From Nitrospinales bacterium (GTDB taxonomy: Bacteria > Nitrospinota > Nitrospinia > Nitrospinales > JAJDAT01): DNA of 32,000 bases. The DNA is taken from the NCBI GenBank assembly GCA_038154245.1, contig JAYOZP010000004.1, positions 78,666 to 110,665 on the forward strand, written 5' to 3'. Of the stretch, positions 8,596 through 16,594 are shown piece by piece. Every line of letters starts with the position of its first letter. Positions within the stretch are counted from its first letter, which is position 1. Below the pieces are notes generated by a model. It was given only the letters and a program-made list of their open reading frames with translations, searched no databases and was not told where the DNA came from. The position numbers were made by a program, and so were the translations under genes.

Positions 8596-10530
8596 CTAAA
8601 ATTTGAAAGTGGCGCCGCCAAAAACGCCAATTCCCCGACGCAACGGAAAGGTATTAGTTCTACGGGAAAAACTGTCCGGAAAATACACGTCTTCATCTAA
8701 TACATTATCTATAAACAAATTAAGCGCGATATTAGGAATTTCCACCTGCGGTAAAGACTTAGCAAGCTCTAACTCCCCTTTAAACGTTAGCCAATTGTAA
8801 GCATCCGCATCTGGATTGTCCGATGAAGCGGAAGCAATATTCGCAGCGTCTCCAAAATAGCTATTAAATACGCCTACTGAATATCCCTTTGGAGACTCGT
8901 AAGAAAACCCTACCTTCGCCATTTTGTTTGGCACAAAGCCAACATCTTGATTACCACTTTGATTTTCATTTGTTTGATAGCTCAAAGATCCCGTTAATAA
9001 CCAACCAGGAAAGGGATGCGCTTTCCACTCCCACTCCACTCCTTGGAAATCTATTTGCTCGGAGTTGATTATAGTTCCGGAACTAATCTGGGTAGGTCCT
9101 TCTAATTCGCTTACATAATAAGTTAAGGCTGTATAAACTTTTGGCGCGTTATAAAATATTTGCGCATTAAATGTTTTAATTTCTTCCGGCTGAAGATTTG
9201 GGTTTCCCTTTAAAAAAGGTCGATTTACTGACTGTTCTGCGGAAAACGGGGAACGAAACGCTTCGCCATAAAGTAATTTCATTCCAATTTGATCGTTCAA
9301 TTGTGCTGTAATTCCAAAGCGCGGGGTTACATTAAAATCGTTGCCTTCCGGTTTACTAACATTAAAACCGGCTATTAACTTCAAAAATTGCAAGGGTTGA
9401 TAATCCGCCTGCGTATAATAATTAAATCGGTCATTGGTGTAAGGAATAGTTCCATTTTGTAAAGCTCCATCCAATCTTTGATAAATAAACCCAGATATAA
9501 AATTGAAACTTTCAAAAAGCTCGCCGCCAACGGAAACTTCATACAGCAAATCATTAAAGTCAAAATCGCTTCCTAGATTATTGGTAAAATTCAAACCGTT
9601 GTATGTTAAATTTGCAGTCGTCTTCAATTGGGTTTGAAATGTATATTCGTATTGAAGATCCCAAAAGTTTCTAAGAAGTTTTTCTTTATCACCGGCAGGT
9701 TGGAATCCATTTAAATTAAAAGTGGTATCTCTCTTAAACCCTGTAAACCCAGTGAGAGAAAAGTTTTTATATTGAGCGACTCCAGTAACGCCATAATTTT
9801 TTTCGCTAAAATCGTCCGTTATAGTGTTTCCATTTGGATCGTTGATCAGAAAATTCCATCCGTCGCTTTCCAAATACTTTCCTGAAACTAAAAACTTTAG
9901 ATCTCCCATTTGGTTACCAAGTAAACCAGAAGCTTGACTTGTATTGTCAATGCCATATCCTGCAGAAATCTCATTCGCATGATACTCTTCTGGGTTTTTG
10001 GTAATTACATTGATCGCTCCCGCTAAGGCGTTTGTTCCATATAAAACGGAACCAGGCCCTCTCACCATTTCGATTCGTTCAATAATTTCTAAGGGAATCG
10101 CTCGATAAAAGGCCATATTGTGACCTCCCGAAAAGGAATCACGCATTGGCCTTCCGTTTAAAAGTACCAACGATTTATTATCTGTAATATTAAGTTGTTG
10201 ACCGCGAATAGCTGTACCGTTATCCCGTAAAAATGTCGTTGCGTAGCGATAGGTATTTGGTAAACGCGACAAAACGTCTCCTAAATTATTGCCTCCAAAT
10301 TTTTCAATCTCTTCAGAGGTAATTACTGTAATTATTCCAGGAGCTTCGGAAATAGACTCTTCTCTCTTCGAAGCTACAGAGACAGAAAGTTCTTCAATAT
10401 CCAACGCCAGCATTTCTTGGATTGTAGGATCTTGGAGTTTAGAAGATTCTGCTTCAACTCCGTGTGGGCATACATGGATAATAAAAATAAATAAAAAAAG
10501 GGCGCTTAAATTTCTAAAGGAGGAATTCAT
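8596..10530 (-). CDS. TonB-dependent outer-membrane receptor (short, 644 aa)
   Basis: Signal peptide; plug motifs EAPGIITVITSEEIEKFGGNNLGDVLSRLPN and VRGPGSVLYGTNALAGAINVITK; beta-barrel-like alternating sequence; C-terminal aromatic FKF. The TAG stop overlaps the AGGA ribosome-binding site of the downstream kinase, with a 9-nt gap. Confidence 0.9.
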   Translation of the reverse strand: MNSSFRNLSALFLFIFIIHVCPHGVEAESSKLQDPTIQEMLALDIEELSVSVASKREESISEAPGIITVITSEEIEKFGGNNLGDVLSRLPNTYRYATTFLRDNGTAIRGQQLNITDNKSLVLLNGRPMRDSFSGGHNMAFYRAIPLEIIERIEMVRGPGSVLYGTNALAGAINVITKNPEEYHANEISAGYGIDNTSQASGLLGNQMGDLKFLVSGKYLESDGWNFLINDPNGNTITDDFSEKNYGVTGVAQYKNFSLTGFTGFKRDTTFNLNGFQPAGDKEKLLRNFWDLQYEYTFQTQLKTTANLTYNGLNFTNNLGSDFDFNDLLYEVSVGGELFESFNFISGFIYQRLDGALQNGTIPYTNDRFNYYTQADYQPLQFLKLIAGFNVSKPEGNDFNVTPRFGITAQLNDQIGMKLLYGEAFRSPFSAEQSVNRPFLKGNPNLQPEEIKTFNAQIFYNAPKVYTALTYYVSELEGPTQISSGTIINSEQIDFQGVEWEWKAHPFPGWLLTGSLSYQTNENQSGNQDVGFVPNKMAKVGFSYESPKGYSVGVFNSYFGDAANIASASSDNPDADAYNWLTFKGELELAKSLPQVEIPNIALNLFIDNVLDEDVYFPDSFSRRTNTFPLRRGIGVFGGATFKF

Positions 10531-10571
10531 AATTACAGTTTTAGACGCGACAAGGTTAAGAAGTGTACATT

Positions 10572-10614
10572 AAATGTTTTAATTTCATTCTACCTGAATG
10601 GATTAAAAACATTT
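10572..10614. promoter_or_regulatory. Nested imperfect inverted repeat upstream of the TonB-dependent receptor gene
   Basis: AAATGTTTTAAT (10572-10583) pairs with ATTAAAAACATTT (10602-10614). An inner CATTC (10586-10590) / GAATG (10596-10600) stem surrounds a 5-nt loop. The whole structure lies 42-84 nt upstream of the receptor ATG. Confidence 0.3.
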
Positions 10615-10736
10615 GAAATATTTACTCTAATTATCTCAATGACTATATTTACATTTACACCCTCCAAACAAAAAAAATCATTTCTTCAACCTGCAACCCC
10701 CTTATTTTAAGCCTTCAAACACAGCAACACCATATT

Positions 10737-10766
10737 TTACATTCAAAATTCTATCGTTACTATAAT
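10737..10766 (+). promoter_or_regulatory. Candidate sigma70-type promoter for the second hybrid kinase
   Basis: TTACAT (10737-10742), 18-nt spacer, TATAAT (10761-10766), about 90 nt upstream of the ATG at 10855. Confidence 0.3.
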
Positions 10767-10854
10767 TGGCAAAGCGATAATTCTTAAAAAAAATACTCGC
10801 AAAAAATCAATCATTAGGTAAACTAGAAACATCTAATATATTCGAACCAGTTCA

Positions 10855-13800
10855 ATGAAACCAAATAGATCTAAACAATCCGATATTTCGGATATCCAAT
10901 CAAATAAAAACCTAAAACAAGCGATCATTATTTTTCTATCGACTGTTTTAGTTCTTGTTTCTTTGAGCGAATTCTTTATTTATCGAGTTATTGAAGGTCA
11001 GAAAAGCGGAGCCCACATAATCAACATCGCGGGTCGACAAAGGATGCTGAGCCAACAATTGGGCAAAGCTGTACTCCAATTTCAAATTCTAAAATCAGAC
11101 GCTGAAAAATCAAAAGCAAAAGCTAGGATCGAATATATAATCAACATTTTAAACCGCGTGCATTATGGGCTTCAGCAAGGAGATCGTGATTTAAACCTAG
11201 CGCAAAAACCAAGCTCTAAAATTCTTAGGCTCTACTTAGAAATAAATCCAGTTTTCACAAAAATTGAAACTATTACTAAAGACATCGTTTCTTTTCCGTC
11301 GTCTAACGAAGGGTTATCTAACGTCGTTATAGTTCTCCTAGATCAGCTTGATTTATTTTTGGCTCAGATGAATCAAATAGTAAATCAATACGAAAACGAA
11401 CATCGTGAAAATCAAAATTTTCTTAGTTTAATTGAACCTGTTAAATTTATTTTCTTGGCGGGCTCTTTAATTGGGATCAGTTTCTTTATTCTCTTTCCAG
11501 CTATTAGAAAAAATTCGGAAGCATTCAGCAAGATGAAGGAGTCTGAAGAAAAACTGGTCACCCAAAAGAAAGAGCTAGAAAATTGGAGCGCAAACTTAGA
11601 AAAATTCGTCGATAAACGCACAAAACAAATTGATCTTTTAAGAGAAATCGCTATCGAAATTCAAAACGAAACCAATTTCAATCGAGCCATTCAAACTTGC
11701 TTAGATCTTGTATGTGAATATATTAACTGGCCTGTTGGTCACGCTTATCTTGTAGAGGATGAAAAACGCCTAATTCCTAGTAACTTTTGGCACATCCAAA
11801 ACCAAAGCCGCTACAAGAAATTTAGAGAGGTGACCCAAAAGACTTCATTCCAACTAGGCGAAGGGCTTCCTGGAGAAGCATGGAAAACCAAAAGCGTCGT
11901 TTGGTTCGATAACATTAAGGAAGCGACCAATTTCTCTCGAAATAAAATGACAGGAGACTTATTGGTTCAATCGGGTTTTGCTGTTCCCATCGAAAATGAA
12001 AATGGAAACATACTAGCCGTTTTAGAGTTTTTTAACGATCAAACCGAAAAATGCGATCCAAGCCTAGTTCATGTTATGGAAAACCTGAGTCTTCAGTTTA
12101 AGCAAGCTCGAGCTCGGTTACAAAAAGACGGTATCGTAAAAATGTTAGTTGAAAATATGGTCGACGGCCTTATTACCATTGACGAAAAGGGTTCCATCAT
12201 TTCCTTTAACCCAGCTGCAGAAAAGATTTTTGGATATTCATCCGGACAAATCATTGGAGAAAATATAAAGACGTTAATACCTGATGGGTTTTATTCTGAG
12301 CATAGCCAAGACTTAACAGATTATTTAAAACATGAACGCACAATAGATATTGAACAAGAAGTCGTTGGATTACGCAACGATGGCAGCAAATTCCCTTGCG
12401 AACTGGCCATTGCCGAAGTATGGACAGACCAACGCAAACTATTTACTGGAACAGTTAGGGACATTTCAATAAGAAAACAGCGCGAGGACGAACTTGAAAA
12501 AGCTAAAATAGAAGCAGAGTCTTCTAATCAAACTAAAAGCCTTTTTTTGGCAAATATGAGTCATGAAATCCGAACTCCAATGAATGCGATATTAGGTTAT
12601 TCGCAAATATTACTACGTAATAAAAACCTTACGTCTGAACAAAAAGAGGCTTTACAAACTATTTCTTTAAATGGAGAGAATCTATTAAGTCTAATAAACG
12701 ATATTCTTAATTTGTCTAGAATTGATACGAACGAAACGGAAATAAATTCAGTCGACTTTTGCTTGGAAGAGCTCTTACAAGGGTTAAAATTTAAATTTCA
12801 AAATCTGTGTAAACAAAAGAAAATCTACATTCAAATAGAGGGTATTGAGAACTCCTTACCAGTTCATGGCGACGAAATTAAATTAAGACAAATTCTTTCT
12901 AATTTAATCGAAAACGCTATTAAATTCACGTACCAGGGAGGAATCCTTATTAAAGTCGTAAGACAATCTACGGACCATTATCAATTCATGATAAAAGATT
13001 CAGGAAAAGGAATTCCTCTAGAAGCTCAGAAAACAATCTTTCATCCGTTTCAACAAGAAACTGGCGGCGAAGCCAAGGGAGGAACCGGTCTGGGCTTAGC
13101 GATTTGTAAAAAACAAGTTGCGCTTTTAGGGGGAGAAATTACTTTTGATTCTATTATTGGAAAAGGCTCTAGTTTTTATTTTACTCTCCACTTACCTCAT
13201 GCTGAAAACGAAGTGGCAAAAAGATCTAATCGAGACAAAAACATTAGCCATTTAAAAACCGGTTATCAAGTCGAGGCGCTTATTGTCGACGACAAAAAAG
13301 AAGATAGAGACGTACTGGAAAAACTACTATCGGATGTGGGTATAGAGTCTGTTCAAGCGGAAGACGGGAAGACCGCCGTTTCTCTATACAAAGATAATCG
13401 ACCCGATATAGTTTTCATGGATATTCGAATGCCAGTTATGAACGGAGCGGAAACTTTAAACTTATTAAAAAAAGAATTTTCTTCTAATGCTTTGAAAACT
13501 ATTATTGTCTCCGCTTATTTGTCAAAAAATGAGAAGGAACAATTTTCTAACCTAGGCTGCACAGAATTTGTCGACAAACCATTTCGTGCGGAACACGTTT
13601 TTGCTAGCGTCCAAAGCTTACTTAACATCGAGTTTGAATATGAAGAGGATGAAACTGAAATAGAAGTTTTCTCTGCCGAGGAAATAGATTATTCACAGAT
13701 TATAATGTCTAAAAAACTATTAAATCAATTGTCGGAAGCCGCCAACTTAAATAACATCACAAAAATTGAAGAAGGTTTAAACATGTTTGAACCGAGGACA

Positions 13801-13905
13801 ACCGCAGAAGAAGTTTTTTTAAAGACGCTAAAAAACCATGCAAAAGATTATGATATGGAGAGTTTTGAACAAACCCTAAGTAATCTAAATTTATCTTCCC
13901 GCTAA
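10855..13905 (+). CDS. Hybrid sensor histidine kinase: TM, PilJ/NarX-type four-helix sensor, TM, GAF, PAS, HisKA, HATPase_c, REC, helical tail
   Basis: 1016-aa ORF. The sensor has a P-box-like [17 protein letters not shown] between two hydrophobic helices. Other motifs: [25 protein letters not shown] and GGTGLGLAI; receiver [10 protein letters not shown] ... [14 protein letters not shown]. Confidence 0.9.
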   Translation: [1016 protein letters not shown]

Positions 13906-13942
13906 AAAACCTAAAATTCCTTTGAGAATATTGATTTAAAGT

Positions 13943-14821
13943 TCATACAACTTTTCCAAAGTGCGGTCCCCAGTCGGAGGCCAACCTTTTCCCAACCTTT
14001 AATAATTGAGTCGCTTCCCTAGGAGATAAATCCTTAAAGCGTTTCGCCCACTCAACATTCTGCCTCAACTCAGATCTCGCGGCCATTCCAACAACAGCCG
14101 CAGTCACTCCAGGAAGGCTTTGCGCATACCTAAAAGCTTCTTTCAAATATCGATCTGGCATAAGGCGGTGGCTTATTTTTTTTTGTCTTCCTTGTAATTG
14201 GCCGCCAAATACTTTCATAGCAATTAAACCAATGTTTAGCTTTCTTGCAGCGCTCCAAACATCGTTCTCAAAGTTATATGTATGACGATCTACGAAATTA
14301 ACGGCATTTAGCAAAACATCGACTTTAAAGTTTTTTAAGGCTTCTACAAATCGGGAAGGTCTATTGTGCCCGGATAAACCTACGTAGCGTGCGAGTCCAT
14401 CGGCTTTAGCTTTCATCAACGCCTCGTAACAACCTCGTTTTCCAAACACAGTCCTTGGATTCATTTTATCGGCGCCAACGCTATGAACAAAGACTAAGTC
14501 GGCATAATCGGTTTGCAACTCTCGAAGACTCTTTTTCAATAATCTAAGAGCGGCTTCCCCATCCGGCTCAAAACACTTTGTAACTAAAAAGATTTCTTTT
14601 CGTCGTTTTTTTAGCAAATATCCCAACTGTTTTTGAGCTTTACCATAACCCGCAAACTCTGGAGCGGTATCAAAATAGTTCACGCCGGAATCAAGAGCTT
14701 CTTCATACAATGACAACGCTTCTCTAACGTTCAACCTCGTTCCAGCTGGCGCTGTTCCAAAACCTAAAATAGAAATACGTTGTCCCGTTTTACCAAGAAC
14801 TCGCATTGGTATTTTTTCCAT
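13943..14821 (-). CDS. Aldo/keto reductase family oxidoreductase
   Basis: The track ORF extends to a GTG at 14872. The ATG at 14821 (MEKIPMRVLGKTGQRISILGFGT) fits the usual AKR N-terminus. Motifs include YFDTAPEFAGYGKAQKQLG and LSGHN. Confidence 0.85.
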   Translation of the reverse strand: MEKIPMRVLGKTGQRISILGFGTAPAGTRLNVREALSLYEEALDSGVNYFDTAPEFAGYGKAQKQLGYLLKKRRKEIFLVTKCFEPDGEAALRLLKKSLRELQTDYADLVFVHSVGADKMNPRTVFGKRGCYEALMKAKADGLARYVGLSGHNRPSRFVEALKNFKVDVLLNAVNFVDRHTYNFENDVWSAARKLNIGLIAMKVFGGQLQGRQKKISHRLMPDRYLKEAFRYAQSLPGVTAAVVGMAARSELRQNVEWAKRFKDLSPREATQLLKVGKRLASDWGPHFGKVV

Positions 14822-14906
14822 GATCTTCGTTCCTAGTTTAATTTCTTCTTTAGTCAAAGAAACTCTAACCACCTATCAGCAAACAACATATTACGTAGGG
14901 CTTCAG

Positions 14907-14928
14907 TTAGTTACTTGAAAGTAACTAA
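14907..14928. promoter_or_regulatory. Perfect 10-2-10 palindrome (candidate operator) between the divergent reductase genes
   Basis: TTAGTTACTT-GA-AAGTAACTAA. It sits just upstream of, and abuts, a possible TTGTTT-N16-TATAAT promoter (-10 at 14951-14956) facing the nitroreductase gene. Confidence 0.4.
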
Positions 14929-15013
14929 TTGTTTTTTAATTTTCAATAGTTATAATTTTTTAAGAAGAACAAAACCCAAATAAATTAGGAAAAATATAAT
15001 TAAGGAATCAATC

Positions 15014-15634
15014 ATGGAATTCTCGGATATCGTTCAACAACGCCGTAGCGTTAAATCATACGTTCCCGAAAAGAAGATTAGCGACGCCGAACTTGAAGAA
15101 CTTTTTCAAGAAGTCGTTCTAACCCCAAGTTCCTTTAATCTTCAACATTGGACATTTGTTGCCGTCAACTCCGTTGAAAGCAAAAAAAAATTAAAAGAAG
15201 CGGCGTGGGGCCAACAACAAGTGGAAGATTGCTCTGTCGCTTTATTGGTCTGCGGCAAACTAGACGCTTATAAAGACGCGGCAGAAATATATAAAAACGC
15301 GCCGCAACAAGTTCAAGACAACGTTGTGCCTATGATTAATAAGTTTTACGAAGGTAAGGAGCAATTACAACGCGACGAGGCAATCCGTAGCGCTTCGCTT
15401 GCGGCGATGTCTTTAATGTATGCGGCAAAAAATCGCGGTTGGGTTACGGGTCCTATGATCGGGTTTGATCCAGAAGAGATTTCTAAGCTTTTAAAACTCC
15501 CTGAAAATTATATTCCAGTAATGCTCATTGTCATGGGTTACCAAAAAGACGAGCCCAGGCCGCGCGACCATCGAAGGTCCATTGAGGAAGTGGTAAAACT
15601 TAATTCTATGGACGGCCCTGGGCTTAAAGCTTAG
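15014..15634 (+). CDS. Nitroreductase family protein
   Basis: 206 aa, with an AAGGAA ribosome-binding site. Motifs RRSVKSY and PSSFNLQHWTFVAV are typical of NAD(P)H nitroreductases. Confidence 0.85.
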   Translation: MEFSDIVQQRRSVKSYVPEKKISDAELEELFQEVVLTPSSFNLQHWTFVAVNSVESKKKLKEAAWGQQQVEDCSVALLVCGKLDAYKDAAEIYKNAPQQVQDNVVPMINKFYEGKEQLQRDEAIRSASLAAMSLMYAAKNRGWVTGPMIGFDPEEISKLLKLPENYIPVMLIVMGYQKDEPRPRDHRRSIEEVVKLNSMDGPGLKA

Positions 15635-15654
15635 CTAAATTTCTTTGTAAACCT

Positions 15655-16566
15655 TTAGCCAAAACTTAATTTAAATTGTTTATGCAGTTCTTTTTTATAA
15701 ACCATTTCCATCGCTTGCGTTCCGTTTAAATTCCCTTCTCCTTCCGGGAAAGATTCCGCAACGTGTTTGAATAATTCTTGAGCTAACTCTAGCCCTGGCA
15801 AGCTTTCTTTACCATAAAGCTCTTCGTTCACCAATCGAAGATCTTTTAATATATCTTTGACTCTGAAACCAGCCGAGTAATCAGACTGAATCATCTTTGG
15901 CCCCAGATTAGATAAGGCCCATGATCCGGCGGCGCCTGTGCTACAAATTTCCACCACTAAATTAGGATCGATTTCCAAAACTTGAGCTAATCTCATGGCT
16001 TCCGACAAGGCCACCATATGAATGGCCCCAAGATTTTGATTAATTAATTTAACGCCTTGCCCGCTTCCCACAGGTCCACAATGGTGGATATTTTTTCCCA
16101 TAGTTTTAAGAACAGGCAATGCTTTTTCAAAATCTTTTGCATCGCCTCCCACCATTATTGTGAGAGTTCCATTCTGAGCTCCAATATCTCCGCCCGATAC
16201 CGGAGCGTCTAAGAACCTCAACCCGCTACCATTTAATCTATTTCCGATAGATTGCGCCGCCTTAATTCCAATGGTGCTAAAATCGATAACCAACGCGCCT
16301 TTTTTGGCGTGTTTAGAAACTCCATCGTCGCCCAATAGAACTTCTTCAACGTCAGGGACATCCGAAACACAGGTTAAAATAAAGTCTGCGTCTTTTACCG
16401 CTTGAGCAATAGAATCAGCTGCAGAACACCCTGCCTTAATTGCCAGTTGCACGCCTGGTCGTTTAGAAGTTCGGTTCCAAATTAAAGCTTTAAATCCTGC
16501 TCGCGCCATATTTGAAGCCATTGGACCTCCCATGACGCCCATTCCTAAAAAAGCATATTTAGCCAT
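15655..16566 (-). CDS. NAD(P)-dependent beta-hydroxyacid dehydrogenase (3-hydroxyisobutyrate / tartronate semialdehyde reductase family)
   Basis: Rossmann motif FLGMGVMGGPMA, plus LDAPVSGG and GSGQGVKLINQ. It starts 29 nt after the pyruvate kinase stop on the same strand. Confidence 0.85.
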   Translation of the reverse strand: MAKYAFLGMGVMGGPMASNMARAGFKALIWNRTSKRPGVQLAIKAGCSAADSIAQAVKDADFILTCVSDVPDVEEVLLGDDGVSKHAKKGALVIDFSTIGIKAAQSIGNRLNGSGLRFLDAPVSGGDIGAQNGTLTIMVGGDAKDFEKALPVLKTMGKNIHHCGPVGSGQGVKLINQNLGAIHMVALSEAMRLAQVLEIDPNLVVEICSTGAAGSWALSNLGPKMIQSDYSAGFRVKDILKDLRLVNEELYGKESLPGLELAQELFKHVAESFPEGEGNLNGTQAMEMVYKKELHKQFKLSFG

Positions 16567-16594
16567 CGTAATACCCTATTCAAAATTCAAAAAA

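Noticed and set aside
14907-14945. The palindrome followed by TTGTTTTTTAATTTT looked like a rho-independent terminator.
   Set aside because: The loop would be only 2 nt, and no + strand gene ends upstream. An operator interpretation fits better.
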